The position numbers were made by a program, and so were the translations under genes. A DNA stretch of 52,295 bases, taken from the IMG/VR virus record IMGVR_UViG_3300003154_000003, positions 1 to 52,295 of that record. The stretch is one strand, 5' to 3'. The notes below the pieces were generated by a model. The model was not told the DNA's origin, did no database searches, and worked only from the letters and a program-made list of their open reading frames with translations. How positions within the stretch are numbered: the first letter of the stretch is position 1; each line of letters begins with the position of its first letter. The DNA is from a virus. Below, piece after piece: positions 7,786 to 15,448 of the stretch.

Positions 7786-7895
7786 TATCGTTTTTAAAAA
7801 AGTGTGATAGTTTACATATACATATTACCGTCGGGTCCGTCCACGACATTATAAGATAATTCCCCCTCGTCACCCTCTTCGACAATATCCGTCAT

Positions 7896-8153
7896 TTACT
7901 GTAAAGTTTCTATTAAAGTGGTCCCACATATTACAGCCCACGCAAAAGCCATAACGTCCCGGCGCTGGCCGAACTCTTCCATAACTTTACAAAATATTGT
8001 GAACTTGTCGTTTTCGACCATTAAAATATCGCCGATGAAGTCTAAAATTTCTTCAAAGTTGACCGGGGCTAATCCTTCCTGTATTATAGCCGGTTCGTCG
8101 GTCACATAAATATGTGGCTTTGGGGTTATTGCAAGGTTCTTTACAATGTGCAT
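7896..8153 (-). CDS. hypothetical protein, 85 aa (possible member of a small paralogue family)
   Basis: Track ORF. Its C-terminal EEFGQRRDVMAFAWAVICG resembles a motif in 8915-9271 and 9276-9692. Confidence 0.45.
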   Translation of the reverse strand: MHIVKNLAITPKPHIYVTDEPAIIQEGLAPVNFEEILDFIGDILMVENDKFTIFCKVMEEFGQRRDVMAFAWAVICGTTLIETLQ

Positions 8154-8449
8154 TTTCTCACTTCCTTTTTAGATATCCTAATTTGTTGACCATTTAAAGC
8201 CATGCCGCTTAAGATTCCTTCGGCGTAAAATTCCACCCGGGCCCCATATTTATCTTTATACTTATCGTTTATAGTTTTCAAAGTTTCCAGTTTTGAATCC
8301 CCATGCATAAAACCAAACATTATAATTTTCACAATGTCGCTTTCTACTTTGTCCCATTCCGGCGGATATCCGAAATTGATTTTATGCGTTTCGGAATCAT
8401 ACCCGAGTACCCGCCCGTCCTCTGTTTCGAAAACTTTTACAAATGTCAC
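8141..8449 (-). CDS. hypothetical protein, 102 aa
   Basis: Track ORF on the coding strand. Confidence 0.5.
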   Translation of the reverse strand: MTFVKVFETEDGRVLGYDSETHKINFGYPPEWDKVESDIVKIIMFGFMHGDSKLETLKTINDKYKDKYGARVEFYAEGILSGMALNGQQIRISKKEVRKCTL

Positions 8450-8501
8450 TCCATCGCCCGCCGTATTCGTTCCCTAAATGCATCTATGCGCCGCACCGTG
8501 T

Positions 8502-8888
8502 TTACTTGCGGCCCCCCGCTGATATTACTACGTTCCCCGTTTCCGTTTCCGAGTTCGTCACGGCTCCGGGGTCCGAGTTTATTTCTTTCATTATTTTCAA
8601 AAGTAGTTCATCGTGTAACTTTTGCGTTTCAATGTCATAGGATTTTAGTTTTTCTTCAATATATGATTCCTTTGTTTTAGCTGTTATCTGTGTCAGCATG
8701 TCTATTTTTGCTTCAATCTGTGCAAGCGTTGCCATTACTTCTTTTAAATCATTTGAAGTAAGCGTTTTGACTTCGGCGGCTATGTTATCGTATTCCTTCC
8801 CGGCGGCTATCCCGGCATCCTCCCGCTTAGTTTCCCGGGCCGCGGTCAACTGCCGCACCTGTTCAATATAGTCATTTATCGTTACCAT
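8502..8888 (-). CDS. hypothetical coiled-coil protein, 128 aa
   Basis: Track ORF with a heptad-like charged sequence. Confidence 0.5.
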   Translation of the reverse strand: MVTINDYIEQVRQLTAARETKREDAGIAAGKEYDNIAAEVKTLTSNDLKEVMATLAQIEAKIDMLTQITAKTKESYIEEKLKSYDIETQKLHDELLLKIMKEINSDPGAVTNSETETGNVVISAGGRK

Positions 8889-8914
8889 GTAACCACCTCA
8901 AAAAATTGATGGGG

Positions 8915-9271
8915 TTATTCCTCACCATCCGTGCTATTCATCAATTCAGCCAGCAGTTCACCAAAATTGCTTGGCTTTGGCTTGTACACCTTTTTCATGA
9001 AATCTTCCATACCGAAAAGGACAATTCCATATAGTACCCCATTGTCTCCGTGTATCTCATGAAGTTTTTTGAATATGTCAAAAAACCCCGCGATGTCTTC
9101 ACTTTCATGAAGCTTTGCATATGTTTTATGCACAGCCTCAATAAAGTGAATTTGTTTTATTCCACGGAAATTAAATGAACCGTCGTTCATTAGTTGTACA
9201 TATCCCCCGTCTTCCAATTCCACGCGGTCAACTTCTACCGCGTCGGATTTTTGTTCGGTTACTGTAGCCAT
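8915..9271 (-). CDS. hypothetical protein, 118 aa (paralogue of 9276-9692)
   Basis: Track ORF. It shares the pattern F-x6-H-x4-V...DI-x-K...GD-x-G-x2-Y-x-[IV]-[VL] with the adjacent ORF. Confidence 0.5.
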   Translation of the reverse strand: MATVTEQKSDAVEVDRVELEDGGYVQLMNDGSFNFRGIKQIHFIEAVHKTYAKLHESEDIAGFFDIFKKLHEIHGDNGVLYGIVLFGMEDFMKKVYKPKPSNFGELLAELMNSTDGEE

Positions 9272-9275
9272 TTCT

Positions 9276-9692
9276 TTACCCCCATACCTGCTTAGTTTCC
9301 ATCATTTCCTCTGCTTCGTCGTCCGGCTCATTACCGGATTTTTTGACCTCTCGTTTGGTAATTTCTTTTGCAAGTTCGGCTTCGATTTCTTCAATTGTTG
9401 GCATCGGTTGGCCTGTGATTGTCCGCATCATCATATTGTGTCGGGTGCTTTGTTCGACTTGGGCCCCCATGCAGATAAGAACCGCATAAGTCAACCCATC
9501 GTCTCCGAACTTGCCGGGAATTTCTTTAAGAATGTCTGAGTAGTCCATACCTGCCAGTTTTCTTATACCGATGTATGTAAGAACGCTCCGGGCAAGATGT
9601 GCCTTTGGCATCATGTGGAAATCTATTGTCAAATCGCTTATTTCAAGGTAATGCTCTTCGTCACCATAAAATAATTTAGTTGGTTCACTCAT
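9276..9692 (-). CDS. hypothetical protein, 138 aa (paralogue of 8915-9271), acidic tail
   Basis: Track ORF; carries the motif IPGKFGDDGLTYAVLICMG. Confidence 0.5.
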   Translation of the reverse strand: MSEPTKLFYGDEEHYLEISDLTIDFHMMPKAHLARSVLTYIGIRKLAGMDYSDILKEIPGKFGDDGLTYAVLICMGAQVEQSTRHNMMMRTITGQPMPTIEEIEAELAKEITKREVKKSGNEPDDEAEEMMETKQVWG

Positions 9693-9954
9693 TTGTTTCT
9701 GCCTCCATCTCGTTAATGCTTACGACTTTGAACGCTGACGCCTTAGATGCATTTAATGACGCGCCCGCGTGCAAGCCTAGCAACTTATCTATTTCTTTGA
9801 AGTCAAGCCCCTTAATATGATGCAAATAATAAATTATAGCTTGGTGTAAGCTAAGATTATATTGTGCATACGCTACCCTCAAAAATGAAGTGGGTATTTC
9901 AAAATCAACGGCTTCCTCCATACTATCACGTCTTAAATGTGTACTTCCTGCCAA
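9685..9954 (-). CDS. small HTH protein (sigma-70 region-4 / LuxR-like helix-turn-helix)
   Basis: Track ORF. LSLHQAIIYYLHHIKGLDFKEIDKLLGLHAGASLNASKASAFKV fits the region-4 HTH pattern. Confidence 0.4.
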   Translation of the reverse strand: MAGSTHLRRDSMEEAVDFEIPTSFLRVAYAQYNLSLHQAIIYYLHHIKGLDFKEIDKLLGLHAGASLNASKASAFKVVSINEMEAETNE

Positions 9955-10216
9955 TCCACATTTTATCTTGCTTTGCCATGTCCTGATTTATGCGCCTTAG
10001 TCTGTTTCCGGCGGCCTTTATGACTTCCTGAATCCTCATAAAGACTTCGGGCGGTTTTACTTCCCCGACCTTAAGAACCACATGGATATTATCATTTGTG
10101 ATAATAACCAATTCGTCCGGCACACCATCCACCATAAACACGGCGGGCGCTCCGCACTGCACATAGGCAACTGGCAACTTACTTAAAGGCAATGCTTTAA
10201 CGCTTATTACCTTCAT
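9926..10216 (-). CDS. hypothetical protein, 96 aa
   Basis: Track ORF; first sizeable gene after element A2. Confidence 0.5.
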   Translation of the reverse strand: MKVISVKALPLSKLPVAYVQCGAPAVFMVDGVPDELVIITNDNIHVVLKVGEVKPPEVFMRIQEVIKAAGNRLRRINQDMAKQDKMWIGRKYTFKT

Positions 10217-10353
10217 AGCAAAGTTTTTTTCTTCGTCTATTACATGTTCATACTGTACTTTTATTGTCGTTTCAATGCCCCCATTTTATTACATTTTGGG
10301 ATACTCTCTTTTAATACGCCGGATAATATAAACCTTTCTGTATGTCAACCAAC

Positions 10354-10425
10354 ATCATTTCAATTTAAAGCCACTTTTTAAGCCCGTGGAGAGGTCAGTA
10401 TATAAATGGTGGTGTATTCATATTA
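10354..10425 (-). promoter_or_regulatory. Conserved promoter/leader element A, copy 2
   Basis: Near-identical to A1 and A4. The minus strand has TTTATATA at 10406-10399. The conserved ATG at 10358 opens a 15-codon uORF (MMLVDIQKGLYYPAY). Confidence 0.6.
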
Positions 10426-10657
10426 AACCCCATGTGAAATTAGCACGGCGGGGCAAATCCGGCAAACCTGCACGGGCTAAAAGGGCCTGATATATCTAGC
10501 AAAAAAGCGCTTAATCCAAAGCATCTTATTTTAATATTTTATTTTTTATCTGAAAAATGTAATGTATGAGAATTTATTAAAATTTATTTGAGTCAGTAAA
10601 CGCATGAAGTTTTTATAAAAGATGGCATCCAACAGATAAAACAGTTTTCTTTTATTT

Positions 10658-10737
10658 TATATTTTCGAAGAAATATACAAAAAAGTCCCAATAATATAAA
10701 GTATATGGACAAATTAAACAATTTCTTCGAAAATATA
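10658..10737. repeat. 80-bp concentric palindromic element L2 (origin-like), paralogue of the junction element L1
   Basis: The perfect 17-bp arms TATATTTTCGAAGAAAT (10658-10674) and ATTTCTTCGAAAATATA (10721-10737) flank an imperfect inner dyad, gtcc..ggac (10685-10710), with the same centre (10697.5). An ungapped alignment to L1 gives 59 of 80 identities. The element lies in the most AT-rich intergenic stretch. Confidence 0.65.
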
Positions 10738-10892
10738 ATTATGTATTTATGAGCAATCAACAGATTAAAATAGGATAAAATCATTTATATGATTGCAAGT
10801 ATGAGGATATTATAATGATACCCCGGATTGTGGCCGGGGTGGAATAATATAGTTTCATGCTGCTATCTCAAATCTATAAATCCGTGGGTCTA

Positions 10893-10946
10893 ATATCGGC
10901 GGTGGGGTTTTTCCTCCTGTTTTCCCTAACGCCAAACCGCCGATAT
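10893..10946. terminator. Hairpin just downstream of the last tail gene (possible terminator)
   Basis: The arms atatcggcggt (10893-10903) and accgccgatat (10936-10946) form an 11-bp perfect stem with a 32-nt loop. On the plus strand it is followed by attttttatt. The long loop lowers confidence. Confidence 0.3.
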
Positions 10947-10955
10947 ATTTTTTAT

Positions 10956-12083
10956 TTAAGATATAAAATTCTGTTTTTGTGCCATCATTTGATTTTCTAT
11001 AAATGATAATATTTCGCCATATGTGGGTATATAGCTACCTAATTCCAGCCGGGTTTTATATCCGCTCTCGTCTATTTCATGCGTCACCCTATACACATAT
11101 AAGTTTGCTCCAAACGTATTACCATTGATAACCATCGACGGCACCTTACAATAAACCAAATCCCCGGCTTCGGCTTGCGTTGTCATTTCTAACGTGCATA
11201 CCCCGGATACTAAAGGCAATTGGTGTATATCGAATATAGAAGATGCAAGCCGGGCGCATAGTTCATTTGTTTCTATACTCCGGTCAATATCTAAAATGTC
11301 TTTGTCTCCTATGCCCCCCGTAACCCTTGCGTATTTTTGTACGGTTTCGTCATTACCGTATACGGTTACGGACCGGGCCATTTCTGTTACATCTACAATA
11401 AATTCAGAATCAACGTAGTTACGGGCACCCTCAACCACTTTATATTTATCGGTTGGGGTGGTCGGTAATGGTTGCCAGCTTGCGACGCAATCAACTAAAT
11501 TGTTATCAGCGTCATAAATAGGAATTGTTTTAAATGAGTATGTTAGAAGTTCCGCCTTTTCTAAAAACTTGATAACATCTTTAACATATTTAGTGTCTGC
11601 TTCAATGTTATAACTATCTAAAACTGTGCCGTTAGTGTCTATTAATGATGGATATTGCTCATGTATTCTATATAGTTCCGGCAGGATGGTTTTTAGAATT
11701 AGCCCGGTGCTGGCATCGGCAAACGAATAAGAATTTTTAATAAGTCTGTTGACCAATTCTACCCCGTGCCCGTGTGCCGTAATTGTTATCTGGTTGTCTG
11801 TTGCCTCGGATTTAGCACGCATTACTTTTATAATGCCGCTAAATATTTCACGCCATCTGTAAAGCCGGTTACGTGAATCTTCGTTTGCCTGAACCCGGAT
11901 AATATCGCCGGTCCTCATGCCACTTATAAAACTTTTCCCATCTATCCGGGCCCCGATTGTTAATGTTACTTCGGCGGTGTCTGCTTGCCACGGGAAAGTT
12001 TTTGTAATAGTTGCCCGGGATAACTTCGGGTAATATTTTTCATATGGGTAAACAGTATGCTGTGTTATTATTCTAAATTCCAT
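10956..12083 (-). CDS. distal tail / baseplate protein, 375 aa
   Basis: Track ORF; last gene of the tail module. GGGTGA lies upstream of the ATG. The call rests on position only. Confidence 0.45.
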   Translation of the reverse strand: MEFRIITQHTVYPYEKYYPKLSRATITKTFPWQADTAEVTLTIGARIDGKSFISGMRTGDIIRVQANEDSRNRLYRWREIFSGIIKVMRAKSEATDNQITITAHGHGVELVNRLIKNSYSFADASTGLILKTILPELYRIHEQYPSLIDTNGTVLDSYNIEADTKYVKDVIKFLEKAELLTYSFKTIPIYDADNNLVDCVASWQPLPTTPTDKYKVVEGARNYVDSEFIVDVTEMARSVTVYGNDETVQKYARVTGGIGDKDILDIDRSIETNELCARLASSIFDIHQLPLVSGVCTLEMTTQAEAGDLVYCKVPSMVINGNTFGANLYVYRVTHEIDESGYKTRLELGSYIPTYGEILSFIENQMMAQKQNFIS

Positions 12084-12087
12084 AACG

Positions 12088-14814
12088 TCACCCGAGTTTC
12101 CTTTCTCTGAATATCAACGACAGTGAAGCATCCGTATAAGTACCGCCGCTCTGTTCAAATGTCAAGGTATTAACACCATTGTTTAATTCCAACAGTTGAG
12201 CGCTTGATGTATCAAGTTCTATATTAAGAATCAAATCGTTTAATGCAGCACTTGAAACAATATCAGCGCTTATTTTTAACCATATCACGGTTTCGCCGTC
12301 ATATGTTACGCCATGCACGATAGATTCTAAGCTATAAGTATTTTCACCTGTTAATACTTCGTCGTCTATATCATACCACGCCGCCGGTTCCTGTAAATTC
12401 CCGGGGTCCATTGCTACCATTATCCGCGGGGTACCCTCGTATATGTCCATATCTAAAGTTAGCTGTGGGGTACCTATAACCGGGTAATAAGTCGGCACTT
12501 TGTAAATAATATATCCGTCGCTATCCAGTGTTAAACTTCCCGGTGAAACGGTATCAAGTGACACGTTATCAAATTCGTAAGCGTCGGCCCGCATCTTCCG
12601 GCTGGTGTATGGGTCCCGGTAATAATATGCTCCGGTACCATCGGCGTTTATTTCGACCTCCCCACCGACCAACATACATGAAACTAAATTTTCTTCAATT
12701 GTTGGTCTGTCATCGTTGATAATTGCCGCCCCGGAAACGTGTCCAAACCCTGTAAATTTTATGTATGGGTCTATCATAGGCACTTCATAATATACACTTC
12801 TTACGTGGTGGCTTGCTCCCTCTTCCCCGGTACACATTGAAAACTGAACGTCGCCGGTTGATGAAATTAAAGTCATTTCCATATAATAGTTTACTCCCGG
12901 GGCGAGTGGAATGCCCCGCACCCCGTCAAGCTGGCTATACATGTTTATACTGACTTCACCCACAACGTTTATATATATTGTTCCGTAGCCAATTATATTT
13001 TCGCGGTCTATGCTATCGAATATATAAATTCTATAGCTGCCGGGCAATGTCACCGACCGGACATATAAGCTGATAGTTTCGACGGAAACGGCTAACGGGT
13101 TATTAATGTTAAAAATGTATCCAAACGCTATGCTGTTTGTACAATTTCCTAGCTGCGTTTCTGCAATTCCGCCACTTTGTAAAGTTCCCTCGCCGTTCTT
13201 GGTGTTAAGTGTACCCCCACCCGTGCGCGGGTTATATGTGCATAGCTTAATACGTCCTGCACCACCGGCCCCGCCGTAGTAAGTAGACCCACCATAAGAA
13301 TAAGCATAGCCTGACCCACCGTTTGCAGTAATACCGGCCGGGGCAACAATGCTAATATCCTTTGCTGTTATTAGTATACCACCGCCGGACCCACTGCCTC
13401 CGCGATAACTACCGTATACGCTCCCGGTATCCCCATCTGCTTTTATACTGCCGGTGTTTGTAACTTCTATGGTTTCGGCTCTTAAGATAATGCACCCACC
13501 ACCGCGCCCACCTATGCCGCAAGTACTCTCTAAGTCAGTGTCCCCGGTAGCGCCGCCGCCGGACCCATGATAAATACCCGGTGAACCTGCCGGGGTGTCG
13601 TAAGTAGTACCGGCACTTGATGCATATAATATATGCCCGGGGTTTCCTACCCCACCATATCCACCGCCGCCGCCGCTATAACTTTCTAAACCTTTGCCTC
13701 CGCCCGGTCCGTCGGCGTTGGGATGGCTGACCCTGCCGCCCCAATACCCGGACCCATACGCGCCCAAAGTACCGGCAATTTTAATATGCTGCGCTCTGAT
13801 TTCGAGCGTGGTTAATTCTCCCATATATGATTCTAAGTCACCGGCTCCATACTGTAACATTGTTACACCGGCGGGGACAATAAAGTTTCTAATGTTATAA
13901 TGTAATCCGTTGGCATACATCCCGGCCGTGGCTACCCAATCTTGCCCGCCGTGGTCCCCGCCGCTTTCATTGGTCCATGCTACCCCGGATGTGTAGATAA
14001 TTGAACCCGAACCGGTTTTTGGATAATATGAAAAAACTTTGACACGGCCCATAGCACCCTTGCCGCCTTCATAAGTCACGCCGTTATAAGTGTAATTAAC
14101 ACCCGCGCCGCCGTCGGCTCTTATTATGCCCCCCTCATCTACATTAATATATGAGCATATTATAAGCACACCGCCGCCACTGCCAGCGCCGCCCTTATTG
14201 GTAGATGTTACCCCCCCATAAACCCACGTAAAGCCCGGCTCTCCATCGGCTGCTATTGCTCCGGTGCTCGAAACGTCAACACTTGTTGCTCTAATAATAA
14301 TACATCCACCGCCCCGGCCACCTCTTCCGGTTGCTTCCTCTGTACTGGCTGGCCCGGTAGCACCTCCACCACTTCCGAAATTAATATCCGTTCCGGCAAA
14401 TGTGCCGTAGGGTTGGCCAGCTAGTCCGGGGTATGAAACATAACCCGGCGTTCCTGTATATCCATAACCTCCGCCCGCACCGCTGTATGTAACCGCCAAA
14501 CCATGAGCCCCGCCCGGACCATCTGCGTTAAGGTGTCCATATCGGCCGCCGTGATATCCCGACCCATACGCAGCAAGCCAACCCCGGATTATAACAGTTT
14601 CCGCCCGTATTTCTAACTTCGTGCCCCCGCCCGCCAATGATGCACTGTCACTCATTCCACTTTGATAAACGGCGCGGTTGGTGTCCACGCAAAACGTGCC
14701 AATATTATAATGCAGCCCGTTAATATATTCATTATTTGCCGGATACCAATCATCTCCGCCGTGGTCCCCGCCGCCTTCGTTTGTCCATGTCATATTAAAC
14801 CCACCTATCGACAC
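12088..14814 (-). CDS. glycine-rich tail tip / fibre protein with an internal tandem duplication, 908 aa
   Basis: Track ORF. Two modules of about 270 aa start WTNEGGGDHGGDDW and WTNESGGDHGGQDW. They share LEIRA...AYGSGY.GGR...NADGPGG...GSGGGATG...GRGGRGGGCII.RA...ADG. The position after the tape measure and Dit-like genes supports a tail role. Confidence 0.55.
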   Translation of the reverse strand: MSIGGFNMTWTNEGGGDHGGDDWYPANNEYINGLHYNIGTFCVDTNRAVYQSGMSDSASLAGGGTKLEIRAETVIIRGWLAAYGSGYHGGRYGHLNADGPGGAHGLAVTYSGAGGGYGYTGTPGYVSYPGLAGQPYGTFAGTDINFGSGGGATGPASTEEATGRGGRGGGCIIIRATSVDVSSTGAIAADGEPGFTWVYGGVTSTNKGGAGSGGGVLIICSYINVDEGGIIRADGGAGVNYTYNGVTYEGGKGAMGRVKVFSYYPKTGSGSIIYTSGVAWTNESGGDHGGQDWVATAGMYANGLHYNIRNFIVPAGVTMLQYGAGDLESYMGELTTLEIRAQHIKIAGTLGAYGSGYWGGRVSHPNADGPGGGKGLESYSGGGGGYGGVGNPGHILYASSAGTTYDTPAGSPGIYHGSGGGATGDTDLESTCGIGGRGGGCIILRAETIEVTNTGSIKADGDTGSVYGSYRGGSGSGGGILITAKDISIVAPAGITANGGSGYAYSYGGSTYYGGAGGAGRIKLCTYNPRTGGGTLNTKNGEGTLQSGGIAETQLGNCTNSIAFGYIFNINNPLAVSVETISLYVRSVTLPGSYRIYIFDSIDRENIIGYGTIYINVVGEVSINMYSQLDGVRGIPLAPGVNYYMEMTLISSTGDVQFSMCTGEEGASHHVRSVYYEVPMIDPYIKFTGFGHVSGAAIINDDRPTIEENLVSCMLVGGEVEINADGTGAYYYRDPYTSRKMRADAYEFDNVSLDTVSPGSLTLDSDGYIIYKVPTYYPVIGTPQLTLDMDIYEGTPRIMVAMDPGNLQEPAAWYDIDDEVLTGENTYSLESIVHGVTYDGETVIWLKISADIVSSAALNDLILNIELDTSSAQLLELNNGVNTLTFEQSGGTYTDASLSLIFRERKLG

Positions 14815-15448
14815 GCTTATATATTATAGCGCTGCTTTCGCTCGATGTTAGCAATATATCAACTAATGCCCCCGACTCGCTGGCTGTTATTATGCTTCGT
14901 CCGTCCTCATCTTCGGATATACTCATCGGGTTATCATCGATATAAATATCATACTGTGATTCATTAATCGAATATCTAAAGGGTGTTTCAGATACTAGTC
15001 GAACGGTCCACGGGAAAGATGTTAAAAAGCCTATATCCTCTTCCGGTGTGATTTCTTCCAATTTGACTTTATATATCCACCCTTCATGGAATACAAAATC
15101 ATTAACCTGTTCCCGGGCAAATTCATTTAATACGGCTTGCCTCTGTGCTTCCGTGCGCTCTACCCCGGAAACGTGTAAGGTCATTACATCCCAACCCATC
15201 GGTCTAATAACATTAAAATTGCTTCCCGGGGTTTTTGTTTTCGACTGCACATAACTTAATACAGTTCCAAAATTCGTTACATTACATTCAATGCCGTTTA
15301 TTGTTGCTTTCGGTGGGACTGTATATTGACCCTGTAAATTAATTACAAGTGCTGATTGTGGTGTAAATCCCCGGGTAGCAATAAGCATATCCAAAATATC
15401 GGTGTCGGTTTGAATCCCGCCCCCCGCTATAGCCATGTAGTTAATCAT
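14795..15448 (-). CDS. distal tail protein (Dit-like), 217 aa
   Basis: Track ORF immediately after the tape measure gene and overlapping it by 4 nt. The call rests on synteny. Confidence 0.45.
   Translation of the reverse strand: MINYMAIAGGGIQTDTDILDMLIATRGFTPQSALVINLQGQYTVPPKATINGIECNVTNFGTVLSYVQSKTKTPGSNFNVIRPMGWDVMTLHVSGVERTEAQRQAVLNEFAREQVNDFVFHEGWIYKVKLEEITPEEDIGFLTSFPWTVRLVSETPFRYSINESQYDIYIDDNPMSISEDEDGRSIITASESGALVDILLTSSESSAIIYKRVDRWV

Noticed and set aside
10593-10784. Minus-strand ORF of 63 aa in the AT-rich intergenic region.
   Set aside because: It is translated straight through the 80-bp palindromic element. Its Ile/Phe/Lys/Leu composition simply reflects AT-rich DNA, and there is no SD. 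It is more likely non-coding origin or regulatory DNA.
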